From NCBI GenBank assembly GCA_963675295.2, contig CAXXKJ010000002.1:3104001-3168000 (forward strand): a stretch of DNA of 64,000 nt. Reading direction: 5' to 3'. Made by a program: the position numbers and the translations under genes. The notes below the pieces were generated by a model that worked only from the letters and a program-made list of their open reading frames with translations, did no database searches and had not been told where the DNA came from. Every line of letters begins with the position of its first letter. The stretch's first letter is position 1. The DNA is from a bacterium. Its GTDB lineage: Bacteria > Electryoneota > Electryoneia > Electryoneales > Electryoneaceae. Shown here piece after piece: positions 38,127 through 49,500 of this stretch.

Positions 38127-39551
38127 TCACTCCCCGCCGCTCATCTTGTGAAAGTAGAAGCTCTGTTCGCGCGCGATATTGCCGTTGTACAGCAATCTGC
38201 CGGTGAACAAATACATCCCTGGCCCGGCATCGGCGGGGATGGTTTGTGTCATCTCTGGGATGTAGATGGATTGTCCGGGCGCAAGCGTGAACGTCCGCTG
38301 TAGCAACGGGCCGTGGACGACACTGTAAAACGGCGGTTCGGCGATAAATGTCTGGTAGGTTACGTTGGCAAACGTAAACGGGAGTTCGTTGAACAGCTGA
38401 GCGGCATAAGTGATCGTACCGCCGGACGCTGGAACAATGATGTTGCGCTCCGCGATTGAATAGGTGACGGCGTTCCAGGTCACGGTTTTTGTAACGCTGG
38501 GAATGGATTCGCCCTCGGGATCGTAGTACGCGGTGACGTGATAGTCGTATGTGCCATACTGAGGTAACTGGTCGGTGAACACGGTGTCCTCTGTCGTGCC
38601 GATCAGGGTTCCGTTCCGGTAGACACGGTATTCAACGAACTCGTCCAATGGATTACCCACACATATCCGTCGCTGGGCGTCATCTTGAGCAGAGTGAAGG
38701 CTCTCGCTTTCGCTGCGTCGATCATGTGTTTGCGGATCATCCCACGGCCAACCGGACATGCGAGGCGGCTGGTCGGTGGGGTTACCGGCAGGATCGAGCC
38801 ACTCCTCGACGACGTGGCCTCGACGCGGTTCCACCGACCGGTCCATCAACTGCGCATCACGGGTGCAGGAAATCTCGTTGAATCGTACGGTATTCCCGTC
38901 ACCATTTACAAGCCCCACATAACCCCAAGATAGAAAGTCTTCTTCAAATGAGTTTACATACGTGTCATTAATATATAAATCAAAAACATTTTCAAAAGAG
39001 ATTACTTTCAATACATTAATTTCCCCATCATTAGTATTTACTAAATCAGTTTCTGACCAATATACTGCGTATGACCAAGTTCCTTCATAATATTTAACAA
39101 CAGTATATTCAGGGCCGTCTCCCGGATGAAAACCATACCAAAAACCATAACCGGTATAATATTCATCTACTGGACCTAAAGAATGAAATATAATACCTCT
39201 AACATTAAAAAATTCAACATTTTCTATTTCTACCTCCAAGGTATAATTATGGTAATAGCTAGCTGAATAGTAAAATGAATTCATTAATATCCATCCTGAT
39301 ATATCCGCTTGGGACTCTAAATAACCATTTCCTACTATAAAATCGCTGTAATGAGGGGTATAGAACACAAAACTTTGGGCAGTGCTATCCTCAAAATTTT
39401 CTTCTAAACCCGTTGTTGATTCTTGTATCCAAATTATGCTCACAATTCCATTATACAGTTGTTGTATTTGAAGATTATGGGGGGGCGCAAGCTCAGCAAA
39501 TACAGAGATGGCGATAACTGTGCTAAAAGTAATGGTAAAAATGTATCTCAC
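38127..39551 (-). CDS. Secreted hypothetical protein; AT-rich N-terminus plus C-terminal modules homologous to the adjacent S8 peptidase
   Basis: GAGGA RBS, signal peptide; EFVEYRVYRNG..LPQYGTYDY and GGTITYAAQL blocks match 34625-37630. Confidence 0.7.
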   Translation of the reverse strand: MRYIFTITFSTVIAISVFAELAPPHNLQIQQLYNGIVSIIWIQESTTGLEENFEDSTAQSFVFYTPHYSDFIVGNGYLESQADISGWILMNSFYYSASYYHNYTLEVEIENVEFFNVRGIIFHSLGPVDEYYTGYGFWYGFHPGDGPEYTVVKYYEGTWSYAVYWSETDLVNTNDGEINVLKVISFENVFDLYINDTYVNSFEEDFLSWGYVGLVNGDGNTVRFNEISCTRDAQLMDRSVEPRRGHVVEEWLDPAGNPTDQPPRMSGWPWDDPQTHDRRSESESLHSAQDDAQRRICVGNPLDEFVEYRVYRNGTLIGTTEDTVFTDQLPQYGTYDYHVTAYYDPEGESIPSVTKTVTWNAVTYSIAERNIIVPASGGTITYAAQLFNELPFTFANVTYQTFIAEPPFYSVVHGPLLQRTFTLAPGQSIYIPEMTQTIPADAGPGMYLFTGRLLYNGNIAREQSFYFHKMSGGE

Positions 39552-39635
39552 TGTATCCTCTACAAAGCAATAAACTAAAAGAGTAAAAAAATTTTCCAGA
39601 AACTTGCAAATGTCTGACAGTTGCAGACTTTACTA

Positions 39636-41506
39636 CTACCTCAACAAAGTTATTTTCCTGATGATTTGCTGTTGATCTCCTAGCGTACAGCAGATGAAGT
39701 ATAAACCACTGGAAAGCTGATCTGAAATGAAAACAAACTCATGAATCCCAGCAGCGAAGTGCCCGTCAGAAATTTGTTTGACTTTTTGTCCTGTGATATT
39801 GTATAATTCCACCCTTAATATTGCAGATTTCGGTAAATGTACAGAGAATTTGGCACTTGCATTGAAAGGATTTGGACTAACTTCTGAAATGATATATTCT
39901 CCTTCGGTTTCGACTGCGGGCAATTGAGAATCGCCCACGGCCAACCGGGTCGCCGTCACAACTTCAAACGTTTTCCTTTCAACGCCAATGGGCTCGAGGA
40001 TTTTATCGTTCGGATAACCGTCATCGTAAACCGCATAACCGAAATTCATAAAAAAGTAACAATCATCACCGACAGTGTAGACTGTATCGGGTATCGATAC
40101 TATACCCGAACCAGAATATGTTTCCGGTAGCGTTCCAAGAGTGTCAGGCGGCCATTGGCAAACTTGGTGCAATCCCGGAACGAAGACTGTATACCATGCG
40201 TAAATCTCAACATCAGATGTATCGTTCAGAGTAACTGAATAGCTATAAGATAAATCATCATTAATTTCTACAGCAGAAGACGTAACGAAGGAATCTACTG
40301 TTCCAAGCGGATCAGCATCATCATGTAGCTGTACATATATGTACATTGACCTTCTCCATAACAAGCCGCTACAATATCTTTTTTTGAAGATGCAGTAATA
40401 TCTTCAACGGCAATTCCTTTTCCTAAAGGGCAATTACCAATAGTAAAAGGGCCATTAACATACGGCCAATTTGGAATACTTACAAACATCTGAACCTGAT
40501 GCCCTCTAAGCGTCGTTGCGGCAAAATCCAATGCTGTAGTCCCATAGAAATCCGTTAACCAAGTATCTCTCGCATCATTTGAAGAAATAGGAAACTCATT
40601 CCATAGAATGTTTCCACCATCTTCGTAAGCTAGAAATGCTACGAATCCGAAAGTAGATCGTATCGCAGGACCAGATTCACCTGCGAATGAAATAAGTAAA
40701 TCATTAAAATTATCTTGGGGATTCAATTTTCCTATTCTCACAGACCTCGGACTTTTCAAAGTAGCTGGATCGATTTGTTCATATACAGTTTCAGGCGTAC
40801 TTTCAAATGGTGGATTTCCTGATGCTGTACCGTGATAAATATAAACACCCTCCGAATCCCATACTCCCAAGTGTGTCGTCGTGACGACAAGATCAATGTA
40901 AGCGTCCAGATCAAGATGTCCAAGTGCGACAGCATATGGGTACGGAAGATCGTCATCAATTACCAAAGTTTCCCAATCATTTTGAGATGCATCATCGTTC
41001 CGGTACATGACAACTTCACCCTCGCCGTAGATGGCGGCGAATACATCTCCATCATCATCACCGTCAACATCTTCAACAGCGAGGCCAAGTGGTTGGTTCA
41101 AATTCGATGCAATGGTATTCGTCGAAAGCATGTCACTGACATACGTGTACCACTTGATAGATCCCGTGGGTGTCAGGTTGCTGGCGACGAAATCAAGTTT
41201 GCCATTAATCCCGTCTATATCGCCAAAGGCCAAGCCCGCTGCATGATCCATTCCAGCATCAACCACCACTTCTGTCCAGCCGCCATTTGAATAATTATAG
41301 GCCAACACGACTTTACCGCATTCAGCATTGGCATGACCCCAAGCCGTGGTGACGACATCCGGACCAGTACCACCTCTGAAATCCGCAGCAACTACTTGAA
41401 TCGGGCCAGGAAGATCATCGTAAACCGTTGTTCGATCCCACCCTTGACTGAGTGCCAAGCTAATCCAACACAGGCTTATCAGCAATATGTACGCAGTAAT
41501 ACGCAT
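39636..41506 (-). pseudogene. FG-GAP/VCBS-repeat secreted protein with PNPFN domain, split by an apparent 1-bp frameshift near 40346
   Basis: ORF 40295-41506 has a signal peptide and DVDGDDDGD repeats; overlapping ORF 39636-40364 has no signal peptide but ends SPNPFN..KITLLR. Confidence 0.65.
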
Positions 41507-41881
41507 TATTCCCCCTATTGGTTCAGCACCGTTCGGTGTGAACCCTTCCCACACGACTACGGTACTTGCAAGATACGAATTATGCAGGTATGAAAATCAC
41601 TTAGCAGGTAGGAAATGATGTAAATATAGCAGTTAGGCAACTATAACGATTTTATCGTATATCACTAAAATTCATTGCGTTGTGAGATCATGACGTATAG
41701 TAATGAGAGCCGGGACACGTGACCCGGGCAGATCCCAGTACAAGCCGGAATCACGACAGATGGCTGGTCGTCACGCAACTCGGGCTGCATTTAGCTTCCG
41801 CTCCGGGGGCTACGGGGTGGGTTGTCCGGTGAGGGCGGCGCGTGTAGATTAGGCCGGTTTCTACACGGAGAAAGGGACACC

Positions 41882-42790
41882 ATGGCGAAGCGCGATTTCC
41901 TGCAGATTACGGACTTCAGCAGTGACGAACTGAAGAAAATGTTTGACCTTGCGATCGAGCTCAAGGCGATGACGAAGCGTGGCGAATGCCCCACCCCGCT
42001 CGCCGGTCAGAGCTGGGCGTGCATCTTCCACAAGGCCAGTTTACGGACCCGCATCAGCTTCGAGGTCGGTCTCGCGCAGTTGGGCGCCTCGAGTTTGTAC
42101 ATCACGAACCAAGAGATCGAGCTCGGCAAGCGGGAAAGTATCCCGGATGTCGCGCGTGTGCTCAGCCGCTATGTCGGCGGCATCGTGATCCGCACGTACA
42201 GCCACAAGGACGTGGAAGAACTGGCGGAATGGGCGAGTGTGCCGGTGATCAACGCGCTCACCGACTTCACGCACCCGTGCCAGGTGATTTCCGACCTGCT
42301 GACGATCCAGGAGCACCTCGGGACGTACGAGGGCAAGACGATCACCTACCTCGGCGACGGCAACAACATGGCGCGGTCGTGGATCAACGCCGCCCGCCGG
42401 TTGGATTTCAACTTGCGCATCGGCACCAGCAAGGACACGCACCCGGGCGAGTTGGTTGACATCGCGACCAGCGAAGGCGCGAAGGTCGAGGTGATGTACG
42501 ATCCGATCGAAGCGGTCAGCGGCGCGCATGTGGTGTATACCGACGTCTGGGCGAGCATGGGCGAAAAGGAGAAGCTCGGTGAGAAGACGACGGCGTTGCA
42601 GGCGTTCCAGATCAACGACAAGCTGATCGAGCACGCGGACGACAGCGCGATTGTGATGCACTGCCTGCCAGCCGAACGTGGCCGTGAGATCACCGACGAG
42701 GTGATGGACGGACCGCGCGCGGTGGTGTTCGACGAAGCGGAGAACCGGCTGCACGCGCAGAAGGCGATCCTGGTGACGTTGGCCGGGTAA
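41882..42790 (+). CDS. argF: Ornithine carbamoyltransferase
   Basis: SLRTRISF, HPCQ, GDGNNMA, YTDVWASMG, HCLPA, AENRLHAQKA. Confidence 0.93.
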   Translation: MAKRDFLQITDFSSDELKKMFDLAIELKAMTKRGECPTPLAGQSWACIFHKASLRTRISFEVGLAQLGASSLYITNQEIELGKRESIPDVARVLSRYVGGIVIRTYSHKDVEELAEWASVPVINALTDFTHPCQVISDLLTIQEHLGTYEGKTITYLGDGNNMARSWINAARRLDFNLRIGTSKDTHPGELVDIATSEGAKVEVMYDPIEAVSGAHVVYTDVWASMGEKEKLGEKTTALQAFQINDKLIEHADDSAIVMHCLPAERGREITDEVMDGPRAVVFDEAENRLHAQKAILVTLAG

Positions 42791-42868
42791 CGTTCCAACG
42801 TTGTTCCTGGACCGCGAACGATAGCCGCGTACTATAGCCTCGAACGACGGACGAAGACGATAGCATGA

Positions 42869-42902
42869 ACCGGGGACACTTTGTCCTCAAAGTGTCCCCG
42901 GT
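42869..42902. repeat. REP-like palindrome, copy 3
   Basis: ACCGGGGACACTTTG-TCCT-CAAAGTGTCCCCGGT. Confidence 0.85.
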
Positions 42903-42952
42903 GGTATATTGGCGGGGTTGTACGCTGAACCTGGAAGCTGTACGGATTGTGG

Positions 42953-42980
42953 GGGGACACTTAGCGGAGTAAGTGTCCCC
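42953..42980. repeat. REP-like palindrome, copy 4
   Basis: GGGGACACTTA-GCGGAG-TAAGTGTCCCC; near reverse complement of copy 1. Confidence 0.85.
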
Positions 42981-42984
42981 GCTT

Positions 42985-43023
42985 TGTTCGGTAGCTATGT
43001 TCGGTAGCTAGTTACGGTAGCTT
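42985..43023. repeat. 13-bp tandem repeat x3 (TGTTCGGTAGCTA, third unit degenerate)
   Basis: Read directly from the sequence. Confidence 0.75.
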
Positions 43024-43093
43024 TAAACGCTCATTCATACGAATCAAATCTTGCATGCTGACTATGTTGATGATCCGCTAGACAGGGAATTGG

Positions 43094-44350
43094 ATGACCG
43101 CAGACAGCCCGATACCGCCGTTACGTCCTGTCGAAACCATCCCGGTGAAGCAGGATGGTCAGGACTATGTGGTTCTGCGTGACCCGCAGGGTTTCTCGGA
43201 CGGTATGATCGCGGTCGCGATGGGCGCGTTGCCGATCCTTGCACGTTTGGACGGGCAACTCAGCGCGATGGACATCACCGCGATCATGAGGGACGAGTAC
43301 GGGCTCGAGGTGAATCCGGATCAGATCGTCTCCATCGTCGACATGCTGGAAAAATCCCACCTGTTGCAGTCGGACGCCTTCCTTAAGCACCGGCTGGCGA
43401 TGGAAGACGAGTACCGCGGGGCGGATGTCCGTGAACCGATCCTGATGGGCGGCGGTTATCCCTCGGACCCGGATGAACTGGCCGCGTTGCTCGATACTCT
43501 GGAAGCGTCCGAACCCGACGAAGATTTCGGTCCGGAGAAACCGCTCAAGGGCAAACGGCTGCGTGGGCTGATGGTTCCACACATCGACTATCACCGTGGC
43601 GGCAAGAGTTACGGCCGGTTGTACAAGCAGGTGCGGGCGTTGCTGCCGGACCCGAGTGAAGGTCCGTTGCTAGTCGGCTTGATCGGCGTCGCGCATCACG
43701 GCGCATTCGAACCGATCGTCGCCACCGCGAAGGATTACATAACGCCGTTCGGCACGATGAAATATGATCGTGCCGCGATGGAATTGCTGCGGGACCGTCT
43801 CGGCGACAAGGTTGTGCGCGAGGAATATGTTCACAAGCACGAGCATTCGGTCGAGATCCAGGTGCCGTGGTTGCAGCATCTGCTCAAGGACCACGATGTG
43901 TCGTTCCTGCCGTTGCTCGCCGGGATTCTTGACGCGTTCGGCAACGGCGACGGTCCGATCGCCAGCGAGAAGGTCGAGGCGGCGTTGAATGCGCTGCGCG
44001 AGGTGGAGGAAAACCATCCGGGGCCAGTGTTGTGGCTCGCGAGTGTCGATTTTGCGCATGTCGGGCCACAGTTTGGCGATCCGGCGACGGTCAGCGACAA
44101 AGATCGTTCGATTGTCGAACGCCGGGACATGAAGGCATTGGAAACGGTGCAGAGGGCGGATGCGTCCGCGTGGTGGAACGAGCTGATGTCCGACGGCAAT
44201 CAGCGCCGGGTCTGCGGTGTCAACGCCACCTACCTGCTGCTCAACCTGGTATCGGGCACAAAGGGCCGGATCATCGACTACCAGCAGTCGGTCAGCGAGG
44301 ACCGCAACATTCTCGTCAGCTACGCCGCCGCGTTATTCCAAGACACCTGA
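43094..44350 (+). CDS. amrB: MEMO1-family protein (AmmeMemoRadiSam protein B) with N-terminal PqqD-like extension
   Basis: GGYPSDP, PHIDYHRGG, GVAH, EHSVEIQVPWL, SVDFAHVG, RVCG, VSYAA. Confidence 0.85.
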   Translation: MTADSPIPPLRPVETIPVKQDGQDYVVLRDPQGFSDGMIAVAMGALPILARLDGQLSAMDITAIMRDEYGLEVNPDQIVSIVDMLEKSHLLQSDAFLKHRLAMEDEYRGADVREPILMGGGYPSDPDELAALLDTLEASEPDEDFGPEKPLKGKRLRGLMVPHIDYHRGGKSYGRLYKQVRALLPDPSEGPLLVGLIGVAHHGAFEPIVATAKDYITPFGTMKYDRAAMELLRDRLGDKVVREEYVHKHEHSVEIQVPWLQHLLKDHDVSFLPLLAGILDAFGNGDGPIASEKVEAALNALREVEENHPGPVLWLASVDFAHVGPQFGDPATVSDKDRSIVERRDMKALETVQRADASAWWNELMSDGNQRRVCGVNATYLLLNLVSGTKGRIIDYQQSVSEDRNILVSYAAALFQDT

Positions 44351-44526
44351 TCCACAACGGTGCTCTCTTTGTGTAAATCCCACCCCTCCCCCACCGTTCT
44401 CACTTGATTGGCAAGTTTGTACATACGAACTTAGTTGTTTCATCCACTACGGCGGGTTCGAACCGATTTGGGCGATAAGCATTTCTTTTTCCAGGATTTA
44501 CACGAGGGAGCGGCGACTCAGGCGAT

Positions 44527-46494
44527 ATGGATAACGTGAAGACGAATGGCGGTAGCCCCCTCTCTCTCACCTGGCACGAGTGGAATGACGCGGCATTCTC
44601 AACCGCTCTCGAACAGGACAAGCCCGTCTTTCTGTACCTGCGTGTACCGTGGAGTACCTCGGTGCATCAGTTTGAACGCGATGTGCTCGAAGACGACAAC
44701 GTGCGCCAGATTCTTGCGTCATCGTATGTGACCGTCGAGGTCAACGCGTTGCGTATGCCGGACGTGTTCGAGCGCCACAACCAGGGCGGCTGGCCGTCGA
44801 TCTGCCTGCTCAGTCCGGAAGGCGATCTGCTGCATGGCCGTTCCGCGGCGGCGCCGGAACAGTTACGGGACACGTTGCAGCAGGTGGCGACCTACTGGGC
44901 GGATCACAAGGAAGAAATACGGGAACGTGTAAAGCAGGTGGGCGCACCCTCACTTCCCCGGTTCAGCCTCCCCGGCCCGGAAGAGCTAACCGATCCCGCA
45001 GCGTTGGAAGGCATTCGTCACGACGCGATTGCTCATTACGACGTCAAGTTCCAAGGCTTCGGGCGTGCGCCGAAATTCCCGATGCCGGACCTGCTGCTGT
45101 TCCTGTTGGCCGATCCGGACGAAGAGTACAAGTCGCTGGCATACACGACGCTGGAAACGTTGCGCGCTTCATCGCTGCACGACATGCTCGGCGGCGGATT
45201 CTTCCGGTTTGCGTCGACAGAGTATTGGGGCCAGCCGCATTTCGAGAAGCTGGCGTATGTGAACGTTTCACTACTGGAAGCGTTCATCGAGGCGTACCGG
45301 GAATCGTCGGACGAGCGGTACGCCAACGTTGCCAACGGCATCCTGGTGTTCCTTGAGGCGCACTTGTCGGCGGAGAACGGCCTGCTGTTTGCGGCGTTGG
45401 ATTCGGACGGATTGCCGGGCGAGGCGGGCAGCACCTACGGCTGGTCGCGTGAGGATGTGATTGAGACACTGGACGAGGACGAGGCTCTCGTCACCGCTGC
45501 GCTGACATATTTCGGCATTTCTCCGTTCTCTCGTATCGCGGGCGAAGCGAACCGGTGTTATCTTGAGGAACGAGTACCGCCCGCTCAGATCGCGATGCGT
45601 CTCGTAAGGGATGAGGGCGCGGTGCAACAATTGCTGGTCACCGCACGTGACAAGATGAAGGCGGAGCGGGATTCGCGACCCGATCCGGCGGTGGATACAA
45701 TAGCCTACGCCAACGATCAGGCCCGTGCGATCGGCGCGTTGGCGATGGCATCGATTGTGCTCAACAAGCCGTGGGCATTGAATCGTGCGTTCCAGATAGC
45801 GGACACGGTCTGGAAGGACGGCCGGCGCAGTGGTGGTGGCAGTGAGCATGTCATTGGCGAGAGCGGAGATACAGTTTATCTTTCCGATCTTGCCGAGTTG
45901 ATTCTCGGGTATCTGGAACTCTATCGTGTGGCGGGACGCGGTGTGGACCTGGTTCGCGCTGTGACCCTGGCCCGCGAGACTGTAGATTTGTTGGGCGATG
46001 GAGAAGGCGTCGGTTGTTTTGACCACCTTGAACGGGACACTGAATACGGCGCTGTCCGATTTCAATACACTCCCTTCGAGGCGAACAGCCGTTTGTTGCA
46101 TGCGTTCGCCTTACTCTCCGCGTACACCCGTAACGAAGCGTGGCACACTCGTGCGCTGAACCTGTCGCAGGGGCTGGCGGCGGCGCGGCTGATGCACCGG
46201 CTCGCGGACGCGGCCTACGGGCGTGCGTTGCGCACATTGGTCAATCCGCCAGCGATGGTGGATCTGATTGGGAAGAACTCGGCTGCGCTACGGCGTCGGA
46301 TTCTGATGGAGGGTCCGTCGGGAACGTTGATCCGGGCGTTCGATCCCGATCAAAAGACGCCTTGGACCGATCCGGAGAAATATGACCGCAGCGGCGAGGA
46401 TGTCGCGGAAGCAGTGGTCATCACCGGTGGTACCGTGTCGGAACCGTTGACCGAGACGAGTGAAATCTTGCAGCAACTAAACGAACAACGATAG
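44527..46494 (+). CDS. DUF255/YyaL-like thioredoxin + alpha/alpha-toroid protein
   Basis: WHEWNDAAF..DKPVFL, QGGWP, GFGRAPKFP, GGGFFRFAS, PHFEKL. Confidence 0.85.
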   Translation: MDNVKTNGGSPLSLTWHEWNDAAFSTALEQDKPVFLYLRVPWSTSVHQFERDVLEDDNVRQILASSYVTVEVNALRMPDVFERHNQGGWPSICLLSPEGDLLHGRSAAAPEQLRDTLQQVATYWADHKEEIRERVKQVGAPSLPRFSLPGPEELTDPAALEGIRHDAIAHYDVKFQGFGRAPKFPMPDLLLFLLADPDEEYKSLAYTTLETLRASSLHDMLGGGFFRFASTEYWGQPHFEKLAYVNVSLLEAFIEAYRESSDERYANVANGILVFLEAHLSAENGLLFAALDSDGLPGEAGSTYGWSREDVIETLDEDEALVTAALTYFGISPFSRIAGEANRCYLEERVPPAQIAMRLVRDEGAVQQLLVTARDKMKAERDSRPDPAVDTIAYANDQARAIGALAMASIVLNKPWALNRAFQIADTVWKDGRRSGGGSEHVIGESGDTVYLSDLAELILGYLELYRVAGRGVDLVRAVTLARETVDLLGDGEGVGCFDHLERDTEYGAVRFQYTPFEANSRLLHAFALLSAYTRNEAWHTRALNLSQGLAAARLMHRLADAAYGRALRTLVNPPAMVDLIGKNSAALRRRILMEGPSGTLIRAFDPDQKTPWTDPEKYDRSGEDVAEAVVITGGTVSEPLTETSEILQQLNEQR

Positions 46495-46556
46495 ATCAGG
46501 AGAATGCTGGTTTACGGACCAGTCTCCAAGTCTGGCTGAAACGAAGGAAGACGTTC

Positions 46557-49500
46557 ATGAACGACAAGGCACGGTTTCTGTGGATCGGGCTTGTACTGCT
46601 ATTGGTAGTGAGCTCTCTGCCCTCTTTCGCGCAGGAAAATCGGTGGTGGGATCCGCTTGATGGTATTCCGGTCCGCCAGGGTTTCCACATTGAGTGGTTT
46701 CGTAGTGTGACGACGAACGATCAGGGCCAGATGGCCATGATCTGGTCGGATACCCGTGAGGGTGGCCGCGACTTGTACATGCAGGTGGTCAACCCGGACG
46801 GTTCCCAGGTTTGGGACCAGTTCCCGGACGGTAAGCGTGTCGCCTGGGGTCCGAATCGTCAGGAAGACCCGCATGTGATGGCGACCAGTGATGGCAACTG
46901 GATCATCACCTGGATCGACTATCGTGACAGTGGTCCGAATGAAGACGTCGGAAACGTTTACATCAGCAAGATTGACGCGAACGGCGACCCGATGTGGGAT
47001 GATCACCCGGATTGGGATCTCGGCATTCCGCTGGCAGTCGTGCAGAACAAGCAGCTGGTCGTGCAGTCGTTCGATGATGGCAACGGTGGTGCAGTGACGA
47101 TCTGGGTCGATGGCCGCAACCAGTTCGCCGAATTGTACGGTCAGCACATCAACGCTGACGGCGACATACAGTGGTTCCCGACCTGGGATCCGGATGAACC
47201 GAACGGTATCGTACTCGCCGGTGGTGATGCGACGTTGAGTGAAGTCGGTTCCGCGTCCTACACGGCTGATACGGATGGCAATGGCGGGATGATTTTCGGT
47301 TGGCAGGACCACCGCATCGCGACGGATAAAAACCTTTACTGCAACCGCATCGACGCGGACGGTCAGCTGGTCTGGGCGGACTCGACCGGTCTGGAGCTGA
47401 GTACCGCAAACGGTGAGCAGGCCAGGATCCGCATGGCGCCGGACGGCGAAGGCGGGGCGTTCTTCACGTGGGAAGACCGTCAGCAATCGGACAATTACGA
47501 CCTGCTGGGTCAGCACATCGATGCTGACGGCAATGTCAGCTGGACCGCCGGCGGCACGGCAATTTGTGACGCCATCGGCAGCCAGGAAGCCCCGCGAATT
47601 GTCAACAGCGCGGTTGGCGAAGCGATTGTCATCTGGGAAGACCGTCGTATCGACAACTTCACGTTTGACCTCTATGTCCAGCGCATCAGCGACAACAACG
47701 GCTCACCGGAATTCCACTGGGGATCGGGCACGGACGGCTACCTGCTGACCGACGCCTCATCCAACCAGCGTGAGGCACGTCTCTTTGGCGATGGCCAGGG
47801 CGGCGCGGTCTTTACTTGGAAGGACGAACGGAATGGTGACGACCCGAACAGCGACCTGTTCGTGCAGCGCATCGACGTGAATGGTGACTGGCAGTGGGGT
47901 CCGGATTACAACGGCATGGAGCTTTGTGATGCGGACAACCTGCAGACGGGTAACATCGTTCGCCTGATGAATTCCACCACCATCGGCTTCGTCTGGTTCG
48001 ACTATCGCCTCGGTTCCCCGGGCCTGTTCTACCAGATTTACGACATGGCCGGCAACGAACAGTTGCAGCACAACGGTATCGAGCAGGTTTACGGTATTGA
48101 CGGCAACGGTTCCGGTCCGACGATCATTGACTCCGGCGTCGAGGGTGTCTACTACATCAGCTGGCGTGACGGCCGTCTCGGCCAGTTGGGTGAGTATCCG
48201 TTCGTGCAGCGTCTCAATGCGCCGGTGATGACCGATGAACATTCTTTCGGCTATGCGGTCAACGGCTTCTCGATGCTTCCCGGCTTCCCCGATGGTGCAC
48301 AGACCATTGAAATTCTCGAGCTTCAGCAGACTGCCGCTTCGGACGGTGGTTTGATCTCGGTCTGGAAGGACGACCGTGAAGAGTTCCTGCCGTTGGTTTA
48401 CGCGCAGAAGATGGACCTCGATGGCAACGTGCTTTGGGGTGACCAGGGCGTAGCGATTGCGTACAACCCGAGCATCGATCCGCATGATCCGCAGCAGCGG
48501 CCGCTCGTGCTGCCGGCGGATGATGGTGGTGCATTTACCTTCTTCCAGCAGGTTGATGAAAACTACTGGCTGCAGGTCAATGCCCAGCGTCTGAATGCGG
48601 ACGGTGAGCGCCAGTGGTTTGACGGTGAGAACTACAGCATCGCGCTGACGAGCATCACTGAGGACCATGCGATTCAGGCGGTTGAGTATTTCGAAAATGG
48701 TACCATCCTGATTGTGTTCCAGCACAACGATCCGAGCAACGACAAGGATCTGTATGCCATTTGCATGAACCAGGATGGGACGTTGGCCTGGAGTGAAATC
48801 CCGATCTGCGAAGCTGACGAATTGCAGAAGAGCGCGAAGACCGTCGTTGTTGACGGTGGTATTGTCGTGGTCTGGGAAGACCTGCGCCGTGGCGAATCCA
48901 TCAACGACCTGTACGGCCAGTTCATCACCCCGAATGGTGACCTGCTGTGGGCGACGGACGGCGTGATCATGGCTGAAGACGACGCGCAGCAGAATGAAGC
49001 CCGATTGCAGTCCAGCGGCTACGACGCCGACTGGTTCTGGCTCACCTGGAAGTCCTCGGCTGATGGCGTCACGGAAGATGTCTTCACGCAGCGTTTCGAC
49101 CTCGACGGTGACCCGTTGTTGATCCCCGCAGAAGGTGTGCAGCTTGGTGTTGACACCAACCCGCAGCAGGAGCCGGAAGCGGTGATGGACGGCAGCGGCG
49201 GGCTGTATGTGATGTGGGAAGAGAACATTGACGGGCAGATCTTCAGCGATCTCGTCTACACCCACATTGATATCAATGGTGATGTCAATCTCGAGCCAGA
49301 TGGTGAATTCCTTTGCGCGGGCTATCACCGCCAGGCTGAAGTGTCGGCGGTGCCGGATGGTCTGGACGGATTCATCGCTGTCTGGCGTGACAACCGTTCG
49401 ACGGGTAAGCAGGAGCTGGAAAACATCTACACGCAGCGCGTGAACATGTTTGTCGGTGTTGAAGAGAAGCCGGAAGCAGCCCAGCCGATGAAGATCGAGC

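Noticed and set aside
38127-41506. Diversity-generating retroelement as the source of variable secreted proteins
   Set aside because: No reverse transcriptase, and no template/variable repeat pair with A-specific mismatches was seen.
41882-42790. N-acetyl/succinyl-ornithine transcarbamylase (SLRT variant)
   Set aside because: The DxxxSMG ornithine-binding loop and HCLP are present, which fits ordinary OTCase.
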